Source: an archaeon GW2011_AR5
Lineage (GTDB): Archaea; Aenigmatarchaeota; Aenigmatarchaeia; GW2011-AR5
Length of the DNA stretch: 64,000 nucleotides
Direction: 5' to 3'
Assembly (NCBI GenBank): GCA_000806115.1
Contig: JWKQ01000002.1
Span: forward strand, 256,815-320,814
Positions 1 to 8,103 of the stretch are shown here, one piece after another. The position numbers and the translations under genes were made by a program. The notes beneath the pieces were generated by a model that was not told the origin of the DNA, ran no database searches, and was given only the letters and a program-made list of their open reading frames with translations. Each line of letters opens with the position of its first letter. Positions within the stretch are counted from its first letter, which is position 1.

Positions 1-231
1 ATTCAGGAGCGCCGAAAGGAACTGTCCCCATCGTATTATTATAGGACCGATTGCAAGCGTTGCATTCTCCCACGCGCCGCCCGGGATGAAGGGCGTGATG
101 ACAGGCATTATTATGTTGTTGACCAAAGACTGAATCAGGTTGGTTGCAGCGATGCCTATGATGAAAGCAATGGCAAGCCCGAGCACCTTGTACTCGTTGA
201 TGAATTCCTTAAATTCCCCTACAAATCCCAT
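1..231 (-). CDS. mscL: Large-conductance mechanosensitive channel MscL (partial, runs off window start)
   Basis: Manual translation MGFVGEFKEFINEYKVLGLAIAFIIGIAATNLIQSLVNNIIMPVITPFIPGGAWENATLAIGPIIIRWGQFLSALLN fits the MscL N-terminus and TM1 (EFKEF...LAIAFIIG...LV.NIIMP); not in the ORF track. Confidence 0.9.
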   Translation of the reverse strand, partial: MGFVGEFKEFINEYKVLGLAIAFIIGIAATNLIQSLVNNIIMPVITPFIPGGAWENATLAIGPIIIRWGQFLSALLN

Positions 232-300
232 GATAAATTATCATATTACATAAGAATTAAAGGGTAGTAATAATATGTTTCTTTTGATTGAATTCCAAAC

Positions 301-429
301 GGGCTCGTGGTCTAGTGGCATGTGACTGGCGCGGAAAAGAAAGGCGCTAAAGCGTCATGACTTCCGCGCATTCGGCCAAACGCGACCTTGACGTGGTTGA
401 GATTGTAGGTTCGATTCCTGCCGGGCCCA
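301..429 (+). tRNA. tRNA-Val(GAC) with ~57-nt non-canonical intron at the D-arm (about 323-379)
   Basis: Acceptor GGGCTCG/CGGGCCC, anticodon arm CGACC-TT-GAC-GT-GGTTG, T-arm GTAGG-TTCGATT-CCTGC; removing 323-379 restores GGTCTAGTGGCATGAC. Confidence 0.88.
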
Positions 430-436
430 TTCTTGC

Positions 437-763
437 CTATTTCTTCTTGGCTTTTGCTTTGGCAAGAAGCTTCAGCTTTTCCTTGAGCTGGTTCTTTCTC
501 ATGGAGAGCACTTCCCTTGTGCTGATATTGCGCACCTGATAGAAATGCAGGAAACGCGAGCCGCATTTCGGGCATTTGTCGGCATGCTCGGTTATGAATA
601 TCTTCTCGCATGACGGGCAGGTGTATCTCATGAGGGGCTTTGAAGAGGGTATGTCGTCGCGCTGGAGCTCCTTCACCGCGCCGCCGCAGAATATGCACTT
701 TGAAACGGGTGTTTCCCTGTCGAATCCGTGGGCGCATTCCTTGCAGATATAAAGGTGTTTCAT
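437..763 (-). CDS. Double zinc-ribbon protein
   Basis: Four CxxC pairs (CKEC, CIFC, CPSC, CPKC) and a basic tail; start taken at MKHLYIC. Confidence 0.7.
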   Translation of the reverse strand: MKHLYICKECAHGFDRETPVSKCIFCGGAVKELQRDDIPSSKPLMRYTCPSCEKIFITEHADKCPKCGSRFLHFYQVRNISTREVLSMRKNQLKEKLKLLAKAKAKKK

Positions 764-872
764 CTTCTTTTTGCGGTACTTGTGATAATTGTCAATCTCG
801 CCGGGAGAAAGTCTGTCAACCACTAGAATCACCTAAAATGTTTGTACGAAATGCGAAGCATTTCATTTGTCT

Positions 873-1163
873 TCACCCAAGAATGTTTCCGAATCCTTCT
901 ATGGCGGCGTTCTCCTGCTTGTCAAGTTTCTCCAGAACTTCCGTCTTGTGCTTCGACGGCTTTGCAAGTTCCTTCAGGAGTTCTTTTGCCTTCTCTATGC
1001 GTTCGTCTGACGCGTCAAGTATTATGAAGTAGCAGTCCTGGTCCATGTCAAGGCTGCCCGCTGTGCGGAGCGTTATCGAACCGCGGTTTATATCGTCGTC
1101 CTTCTTCAGCAGATCCTCGGCTTTTGACTTGTTATCCGCGGATACTTCGAAAACTTCGCGCAT
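873..1163 (-). CDS. Hypothetical protein (96 aa)
   Basis: Clean ORF with typical charged composition, ends AAIEGFGNILG. Confidence 0.75.
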   Translation of the reverse strand: MREVFEVSADNKSKAEDLLKKDDDINRGSITLRTAGSLDMDQDCYFIILDASDERIEKAKELLKELAKPSKHKTEVLEKLDKQENAAIEGFGNILG

Positions 1164-1231
1164 TTGTGTAATTGTAATGCAAACCTTTTAATTGTCTAAT
1201 CCAATCATAAAGAAGAGCGAATGTGCAGAAT

Positions 1232-1304
1232 GCCTCCGTAGCTCAGTTGGTAGAGCGACAGTTTCGTAAACTGTAGGTCATGAGTTCGATCCTCATCGGG
1301 GGCT
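1232..1304 (+). tRNA. tRNA-Thr(CGT)
   Basis: GCCTCCG acceptor, GCTC D-stem, ACAGT-TT-CGT-AA-ACTGT anticodon arm, ATGAG-TTCGATC-CTCAT T-arm. Confidence 0.95.
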
Positions 1305-1522
1305 TATTCATCCTTTTTTTCCTCGAACCATTCCAGGTTCCTGTCCCTCTCGTCCTTCTTGGAGAACGTGAGTATGGCTATTACAATGGCTGCGAATAGC
1401 GGCGCAAGTATCCCGTAGATTAGCCAAAAAGGGAGAACTGAGTTGAAAATGCCTTCGGCATACAGCGATATGAAAAGCGCCGCGAAGAAGCCGATGCCTA
1501 TGCCCTCGAATATAGCTCCCAT
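1304..1522 (-). CDS. Small two-TM membrane protein
   Basis: Two hydrophobic helices then a charged tail. Confidence 0.65.
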   Translation of the reverse strand: MGAIFEGIGIGFFAALFISLYAEGIFNSVLPFWLIYGILAPLFAAIVIAILTFSKKDERDRNLEWFEEKKDE

Positions 1523-1656
1523 GTCTAATTATTGGTTTCCTGCTATAAAATGGTTGTGGAATTTATTAATGAGCTGCAAATGCCAATGAGCCCATAATAA
1601 TAGGTTTTCTTTTTCCAACCGACTGACGCTTTGCGTCTTGCAATTTAGAAAAAGGC

Positions 1657-1956
1657 TTATCTGTTCAGCGTCCTGGTTTTTGGCTTCCTTAGGCTGCGAA
1701 TTCCGGTGTGTATCGAAATGATTCCTGACAGGAAGACGGAAAGCACCCATACCGAGCCGAGGATTATGAGCATGTTCAGGTAGGCCACCGATTCCTGCAG
1801 CGTTGCGATGTCCGTGCCCGGGAACTGGCTTGCGTCTGCCGAGTTGATTATGCTGAGGGCGGATGCCATTGTTACTATGAGATATGCGGAAACCGCCGCG
1901 CCTATCAGTGCAACTATCCCGATTATGACATAAACTATCCCTGTTTTTCCCATCAT
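1657..1956 (-). CDS. Two-TM membrane protein
   Basis: MMGKTGIVYVIIGIVAL...; ATGA overlap with the stop of the upstream gene. Confidence 0.65.
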   Translation of the reverse strand: MMGKTGIVYVIIGIVALIGAAVSAYLIVTMASALSIINSADASQFPGTDIATLQESVAYLNMLIILGSVWVLSVFLSGIISIHTGIRSLRKPKTRTLNR

Positions 1957-2501
1957 AGCACCCCCGATGCAAGCCTTCCAAGAAGAGAAATGCCTACGGA
2001 AGCGTAGACCGCCAGCAGAATCACGAAGACTGATATTGCTACTGATATAAACGAGGTAACCATGTCTACGCGGTATAGTTCCTTTATTCCCCTGTGGAGC
2101 ATGCTTATGCCCAAAGCCAGCGTAAGCGCCAGAACAACTATCTGCACCCCGATGACGAACGGCATCCACGCAAGCAGGGCGACGACAAGCAGTCCGGCTG
2201 AAACTGGAACCGCGCTGTACGCGGTGGCGGTAAGCCCTTCGATGTATTTGCCCCTGCCTCCGAGCGTGGTTGTTGTTATGTAGACTACGAGGCTGAAAAG
2301 CACAATCGCCATGAGCGCCATGAAGAACGTGGTTATCACGGAACCTGCAACAAAAGCGGGAACAGTCTTCGCCACAAGTATGCCTGCGGCAATTGCAAAG
2401 ATTACGGAGCTTTCAAGCAGCGCCATCATGGCTTTTTTTGGATTCGGTTTCTTCGCGGCAAGTATCGCCTTTGTCGGGTTCCTGAGAATGTCAAGGCACA
2501 T
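1953..2501 (-). CDS. Yip1-family multi-pass membrane protein
   Basis: ILRNPTKA start, five TM segments, LGGRGKY.EGLTA.AYS motif typical of Yip1. Confidence 0.75.
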   Translation of the reverse strand: MCLDILRNPTKAILAAKKPNPKKAMMALLESSVIFAIAAGILVAKTVPAFVAGSVITTFFMALMAIVLFSLVVYITTTTLGGRGKYIEGLTATAYSAVPVSAGLLVVALLAWMPFVIGVQIVVLALTLALGISMLHRGIKELYRVDMVTSFISVAISVFVILLAVYASVGISLLGRLASGVL

Positions 2502-2574
2502 TAGACAAGATTTGGATTTTCCGGGATTTAAAGATAATTCGAGATTTAAAAAGCCTTTTGCCATCAAATTAAGA

Positions 2575-2862
2575 ATGTCAGATGTGTTGAAAATAGATGT
2601 TTGTGGACCTTGTGGAAATGAAAGTTTGTATAAGGAATTATGCGAGTCTGCTGCCGGCAGGCCAATAAATATAACTCGTACCGATTATTGTATTGGTGGC
2701 TGCAGATTAGGATCAAGAGTCAATGTCACATGTCACGATGGACAATTGCGCAGATATGCTACGGAAGAGTTAAAACGCGGAGATAATGTATTGATTTATC
2801 CAATCGGGGAGAATTCTGTGCGGGTAGTTATAGAGGATAATCTGCCTAAATCAGGAATATGA
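2575..2862 (+). CDS. Putative thioredoxin-like [2Fe-2S] ferredoxin-domain protein
   Basis: VCGPC...YCIGGCRLG cysteine spacing; start taken at MSDVLK. Confidence 0.5.
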   Translation: MSDVLKIDVCGPCGNESLYKELCESAAGRPINITRTDYCIGGCRLGSRVNVTCHDGQLRRYATEELKRGDNVLIYPIGENSVRVVIEDNLPKSGI

Positions 2863-2872
2863 GGCGTCTAAT

Positions 2873-3310
2873 ATGGATTTGAACGAGCAGATAAAGGAAA
2901 AGCGGAAGGAGAAATGGTTCGACGTCTGGTTCAGCATCGAGGCTTTGGCAGTCGACAAGAGCGTGGTTGAAGATGCGCTCGCCACGCACGTCGAGAAAAT
3001 GGGGGACATCAGGGACATATTTATCTACGAAAAGGAATTCACAGAGACAATAAAAGTCGAGAATCCCATGAAGAACGTTGCCGAAGCCTACTCACAGATA
3101 GCAAAAGTGAAGTTCTTCGCAAAGAGCCTCACAACCCTCATTAGCGTGGTGCTCACCTACGGGCCTTCCGCTGTAGAGATCCTAGGACCCGACAGGCATG
3201 AAATGAGGATAGACGAGGTGCAGAGCATCGCAAACCTCCTCGCCGGAGTCGTACACCAGTTTGCAGCGGCGGGCGTCGGCGGAATAATCATAACGCCTGA
3301 CAAGAAGTGA
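2873..3310 (+). CDS. Conserved hypothetical protein
   Basis: 145-aa ORF with YGPSAVEIL.P motif. Confidence 0.75.
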   Translation: MDLNEQIKEKRKEKWFDVWFSIEALAVDKSVVEDALATHVEKMGDIRDIFIYEKEFTETIKVENPMKNVAEAYSQIAKVKFFAKSLTTLISVVLTYGPSAVEILGPDRHEMRIDEVQSIANLLAGVVHQFAAAGVGGIIITPDKK

Positions 3311-3342
3311 CGGTTATTTTAGCTCGTGCGCCAATTATTCCT

Positions 3343-3471
3343 ATGAAATGCAGGTTTATTGACGAATGCTCCTCAGTCGATTTCTCAAAAGTGGACGATG
3401 TCTGCTACAGCGAATGCGAGAAATGCGCGCATTACGTAAAAATAAGCTTCCTTGAAAGCGTGCTTGAATAA
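3343..3471 (+). CDS. Small Cys-rich protein (42 aa)
   Basis: Manual translation MKCRFIDECSSVDFSKVDDVCYSECEKCAHYVKISFLESVLE; fills the intergenic gap. Confidence 0.5.
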   Translation: MKCRFIDECSSVDFSKVDDVCYSECEKCAHYVKISFLESVLE

Positions 3472-3507
3472 TATCTGCTTTTATACCTGCATACCATTAT
3501 AGTAACT

Positions 3508-4428
3508 ATGAAGGGCTTGTGGCTGCTGGCGGCTTTCCTTCTCGTTTCTTCTGTTTCAAATGCCGCGTTAACGAACTGGAGCGTCGATATATCAATAAAC
3601 GACGACGGCGGCACCGACTGGACTGCCGTATTAACCTACAACAACACTGTCACAAGAAGCGACTATTTCGTGCTCTCGCGTATTACCAATGTTCAGGTAT
3701 CGGGAGACGGCGTGCCGCTGGAATGCGTCTCAACCTACAGCCTTGGCACCTCTATCGTCTGCGATGGAATAGCCGCCCGCGAGGTTGTCTATAAATTCAA
3801 TGTCAAGGCGCTTGTCAGCGACCTCCAGAATTTCAAGCTCTTCAGGTATCCGTTTTCTGTGACGGAAACAGTTGACAGGATGCAGATTACGGTCAAGTTC
3901 CCCCTTGGAGCGGCCCTTGTGGAGGACCTGAAGCTTGGCGGAACAGGACTTAGCAAGTTTGAGCCGGATTTCGGGCGCGAAGGCACTGACGGGCGCCGCA
4001 TATTCGTTACATGGGTGTATGACAAGCCCATTCTGGGGCAGTCAATTAACATCTATGCCATCTACGAGGTTCTTGGAATTGACCCTTTCATGATTTTTGT
4101 CGTAATTCTGGCGCTTGTCATAATTGCCTTCCTGATAACAATAATGTTCATATTTAGGAAGCAAAGGGTGAAGGACTTGCTCCCCGTTCTTACCGACGGT
4201 GAAAGAAAGGTGATGGAAATACTGCTGAGAGAAAAGGGCGAAGTTGATCAGAGGACTATTGTCCGCGAGACCGACTTCAGCAAACCAAAGGTATCACGCG
4301 TAATCAATGACTTGATTGAGAGAGGCCTGGTGGATAAGATTTCAAAAGGGCGCAAGAACCTCATAAAGCTCAAAAAAGAGGTAAAAAGGGTAGATTCTAG
4401 AGATGTCAAATCAAAAGAACAAAAATAA
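3508..4428 (+). CDS. Membrane-anchored winged-HTH regulator (signal peptide, extracellular domain, TM, C-terminal wHTH)
   Basis: N-terminal signal, TM FMIFVVILALVIIAFLITIMFIF, then LTDGERKVMEILL...Q..IVRETDFSKPKVSRVINDLIERGLV. Confidence 0.85.
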   Translation: MKGLWLLAAFLLVSSVSNAALTNWSVDISINDDGGTDWTAVLTYNNTVTRSDYFVLSRITNVQVSGDGVPLECVSTYSLGTSIVCDGIAAREVVYKFNVKALVSDLQNFKLFRYPFSVTETVDRMQITVKFPLGAALVEDLKLGGTGLSKFEPDFGREGTDGRRIFVTWVYDKPILGQSINIYAIYEVLGIDPFMIFVVILALVIIAFLITIMFIFRKQRVKDLLPVLTDGERKVMEILLREKGEVDQRTIVRETDFSKPKVSRVINDLIERGLVDKISKGRKNLIKLKKEVKRVDSRDVKSKEQK

Positions 4429-4477
4429 GTTTTTATTGTCTAAAACGTCTAAATATTTGTTTTGGAACATTCAAAAT

Positions 4478-4780
4478 AAATATATAAATTGTAGAAACTT
4501 TTATAGTACTAGTACAAAAGTTAAAACTTGCTCCATGAAACTGTTTCAAGTCACTATTATATATACGCCATGTCCATATAATGTTTAACTAAATTGGAAG
4601 GCATAAGGCTCTATTCTAACATACCCTTTGCCCCTTATTTAGCCCCGTAATATTCAAACCCCTGAACCTGAAACAGAAAGGCGCAGAGCGCTAATCGGTT
4701 ATCGGGAACTCGGTTTGATCCGGACAAACCAGAACTGTGAGCTAACAGCTCACTTGTAAAAAACATATACAGGAGGTTGC
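4478..4780 (+). promoter_or_regulatory. S-layer promoter region: two TATA-like boxes, palindromes, long leader, RBS
   Basis: AAATATATAAA at ~4478, TTATATATA at ~4557, GGAGG at 4772-4776 just before the ATG. Confidence 0.55.
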
Positions 4781-7504
4781 ATGAAAATGCAATTCAAAAA
4801 ACTAGTAGCAGCAGGTACGCTGGCAGCCCTTATGGTGGGCTCTTCGGCGGCATTTGCAGCTCTAAGCGAATTCCCACGACCATTCGTTACAAGCGACGGT
4901 GTACAGTCGTTTGTTGTTGTGGGAGCGGCAGCAGCTCCTAGCGACGTTGTAGGTGCAGTAGACATCGCAGCTCGAATAGGAGGCTCAGTAACGACAGACG
5001 TGTCTGTCCCTGGAGCAGCGGCTGGCTTTACCATAGAAGGCGGTGACGGCAAGGAAGTAGCGACGACTAACACAAAACTCTACCTGGACGACAGTCTTGG
5101 AAAGAGCGGTGTCAGGAGCACTATGACCAAGGACGACCTGCCAACTCTGTTGAAGACAGAAAAGCTCGAGGACACAGACGGCAGTACAACACACAACTAC
5201 CAGCAGTTCATCTACCTGACGCCAAGCTCGACTTCTTCGGCAAACTACAAGATAGAATTCGAGAAGCCAGGCAGCAGCAGCTCGGTAGACCCGACGTATG
5301 ACATGGGAAGGTTCACAACGTCCCCGACGGACCTTGACTACCTATATAGAACGTACGTAACGTTCGACAAGGATGTCAACATGTCCACGGCAAAGGGCGA
5401 GAGATTGAACCTTTTCGGCAGGACATACACGGTACACACAGATTCTACAGGCGACCCGGCAGGCGCTGGTGCAACAACAGACAAGCTAGTATTGTCTGGC
5501 GGTGCATCCGAAACAGCAGTCCTGAGCGGAGGCGAGTCTATACAGGTAACCGTCAGCGGAGTGACCTACGATGTAACCTTCAAGGGTGCTTCTGACGCAA
5601 ACACTGCAGTTGTTGCGGTGGGAAGCGACCAGAACAACATCGACGAGGGACAGTCCAAGAAAGTCGGCGGCCTTGACGTCTTTGTTGAAAGAGTCTTCGA
5701 CCTTTCATCAACAGACCTGACTCAAGACTCTGTAAAGGTGCAGTTCGGCGCGCAGAAAGTCGTTCTAACCAACGGCGCGAAGGTAAAAATCGGCGACGCT
5801 GAGGACTCGGTAGACGGAACATACGTCAACCTGACCATATCCGGAAGGAAACTTTCGGCATTCCAGGTTGCAGTTGGCGGAAGAAGTTCCAACGAAGACT
5901 TCATCAAGGCGGCCGGCGGCATGTACGTCGACCCTGTATGGAACTCGTTCGGCGTAAACTTCCTGTCCGTAACGCCAGGCCTCACAGACGCCTCGAGAGA
6001 CATGATAAAAGTGTCTCCGTCAGGCGACAACCTGATCCAGGTCAGCTACACAGACGACAGAGGATACGAAAAGACAATAAACTGGGCATACAAGGCCTTG
6101 AGCACTGACACAGTGTTCGACCTTGCAGACAGCAGCAACAACTCCATAGTTGTTGTTGAAGGCACGCCGGTTCCGAAAGACGCGTACTTCCTCACAACGG
6201 CAGGTGAGTTCTCTCACATGTTCCGCGTGACGGGTATCAGCGCAGACGGTTCCAGCTCTGCAAGCGCAGACCTGACGGACCAGTTCTCCGGAGCAACCCT
6301 AAAGTTGAACCTTGGAACGGGTAACGACGAATCAAAGGTCATTGACGGACAGACGTTCTATGTTGTTGCGAACAGCACGCACCTGTCAAACGTGACATGG
6401 GGCGGAAACTCCGGTTTCAACAACACAGGTTACTTCACGACCGTCTTCCCGACCTTGAAGGGACGAAGAGGCGAAAGGCTCGCGCTATTCAAGCCTAACG
6501 CAACCGTCTCAGGACTGGCGAACAGCGGCTCAAGAATAGACCTCCCGACAGGTGCCCTGAACTTCACGTTCTACGAAGGCAACGGCGGAACACAGAACCT
6601 CAACATAACTGCCGTAGCTAAGGAGGACGGACAGGCATCTGCTCTGGCAGCTGCAGTGACGGGCGTGAACGCGTCCAACACAGGAGCTGTGTACAACGTA
6701 ACCTTGGGCAGAACAGCAACCGGCGGCCTGATATACGCACTGAAATTCCCAAACAACAACCGATCAGTGTCCATATCAGTAGTCGGCAGCGCAGCTGGCG
6801 TTGAGCTAAGCAGGCCTGGTGTCTTGATTGTCGAAGAGAAAGACGACAACAGCGACCAGTACAGCTTCCTCACAGCCGCGTCTTCAGAAACCTCGGGTTC
6901 CAACAACGTAGCCATACCGGGAGCGCCTGACTTCACTGCAAGTGAAGACTCGGCAGCGCTCGGCAGCGAGTCATCTGTCACAGACTATGTAGACCTTTAC
7001 GGTGCCTACGCTCGAAGAACAACTTCGGGACAGGACATCATAACGTTCTACTACCCTGACGACCAGGTGACATCCAATGTCTTCGTGTTGGCGAAAGAGG
7101 CAACTGTTACCCAGACGTCTGGCGGAACAGGCAGCACTGTTAAAAGTGCGACGCCTGTGAAGACAGCACTGGGTAAGCTGGACTCGGAAGTCACATCTGC
7201 AGACAAATCTACCAAGCACCTCATCCTGGTTGGTGGACCGGCAGTCAACACTCTCGTAGCAGAGTTGGCGACGGCAGGCAAGACCAGAGACACTGCATGG
7301 TACAGATCCCAGGGAGCAGGCACAGCCTTGGTCGACCTCGTCGAGAATGCATTCACATCCGGCAGGACGGCATTGGTTGTAGCAGGCCACTCGGCTGCGG
7401 ACACGCGCTCTGCAACAAGCAGAATCCAGAACTATGACGCCTACACTTGGGCAACCGACAGAGTTGTTCTCAAGAACGGTGTCGTAACGACGGAAACGGC
7501 TTAA
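4781..7504 (+). CDS. S-layer protein (907 aa)
   Basis: Signal peptide; N-terminal VVVGAAAAPSDVVGAVDIAA and C-terminal LDSEV...HLILVGGPAVN.LV...LVVAG..AADTR motifs of euryarchaeal/DPANN S-layer N and C domains. Confidence 0.9.
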   Translation: MKMQFKKLVAAGTLAALMVGSSAAFAALSEFPRPFVTSDGVQSFVVVGAAAAPSDVVGAVDIAARIGGSVTTDVSVPGAAAGFTIEGGDGKEVATTNTKLYLDDSLGKSGVRSTMTKDDLPTLLKTEKLEDTDGSTTHNYQQFIYLTPSSTSSANYKIEFEKPGSSSSVDPTYDMGRFTTSPTDLDYLYRTYVTFDKDVNMSTAKGERLNLFGRTYTVHTDSTGDPAGAGATTDKLVLSGGASETAVLSGGESIQVTVSGVTYDVTFKGASDANTAVVAVGSDQNNIDEGQSKKVGGLDVFVERVFDLSSTDLTQDSVKVQFGAQKVVLTNGAKVKIGDAEDSVDGTYVNLTISGRKLSAFQVAVGGRSSNEDFIKAAGGMYVDPVWNSFGVNFLSVTPGLTDASRDMIKVSPSGDNLIQVSYTDDRGYEKTINWAYKALSTDTVFDLADSSNNSIVVVEGTPVPKDAYFLTTAGEFSHMFRVTGISADGSSSASADLTDQFSGATLKLNLGTGNDESKVIDGQTFYVVANSTHLSNVTWGGNSGFNNTGYFTTVFPTLKGRRGERLALFKPNATVSGLANSGSRIDLPTGALNFTFYEGNGGTQNLNITAVAKEDGQASALAAAVTGVNASNTGAVYNVTLGRTATGGLIYALKFPNNNRSVSISVVGSAAGVELSRPGVLIVEEKDDNSDQYSFLTAASSETSGSNNVAIPGAPDFTASEDSAALGSESSVTDYVDLYGAYARRTTSGQDIITFYYPDDQVTSNVFVLAKEATVTQTSGGTGSTVKSATPVKTALGKLDSEVTSADKSTKHLILVGGPAVNTLVAELATAGKTRDTAWYRSQGAGTALVDLVENAFTSGRTALVVAGHSAADTRSATSRIQNYDAYTWATDRVVLKNGVVTTETA

Positions 7505-7529
7505 TTGCGGTTCGTCTGAAGAAACAAAA

Positions 7530-7570
7530 ACGAAATTTTTTATTTTCTCTTCTTCTTCCTTATTTTTTAA
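7530..7570 (+). terminator. T-rich archaeal terminator after the S-layer gene
   Basis: TTTTTTATTTTCTCTTCTTCTTCCTTATTTTTT. Confidence 0.5.
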
Positions 7571-7815
7571 CTAACTAGACATAGGGACAGAATGTACAAT
7601 ATTATAAACTATTTTTGTAATGTATTTTCATTGCGCCAGAAAATTCTGCATTAAGGGCAAAATTTCGTCGGAAAATTTTATTTCTAGATGTAAAATCAGA
7701 AAAATATTTTAGTTGTGGCACCCTTGTAGCCACTTTGCGCCCAGATTGTCACTGTGTCGTCGCAATTTCACGTAGAACGAAAGTATAAATATAAGCTATA
7801 GGTAATTTATCTGTA

Positions 7816-8034
7816 ATGTCGGGGCAGAATGTGGTCGAGAAAAGAATCTTGACTTTATTGAGCAGGGAAATAATGTCTACTTCTCAGGTTGCGAAGAAAC
7901 TCAATATGCGCCGCGAGCTGACTGCGGGATATCTCGAGGCATTGAGGCATCAGGGCAAGCTTGAGAAGACGAAAGTGGGCAAGTCAAATATTTACCGGAC
8001 AATCGCCGCAATCGAAGGCGTCGACAGGAACTGA
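7816..8034 (+). CDS. Small winged-HTH DNA-binding protein
   Basis: MSTSQVAKKLNMRRELTAGYLEALRHQGKLEKTKVGKSNIY. Confidence 0.8.
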   Translation: MSGQNVVEKRILTLLSREIMSTSQVAKKLNMRRELTAGYLEALRHQGKLEKTKVGKSNIYRTIAAIEGVDRN

Positions 8035-8103
8035 ACTTGAAAATTATATGAAAATTATATATAGTGCATAAGGGCAGAATAATAAAAATCGGAGTGCAAC
8101 AAG

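Noticed and set aside
1232..1304. tRNA-Thr as an integration site of a mobile element
   Set aside because: No integrase and no duplicated tRNA 3' end seen in the window
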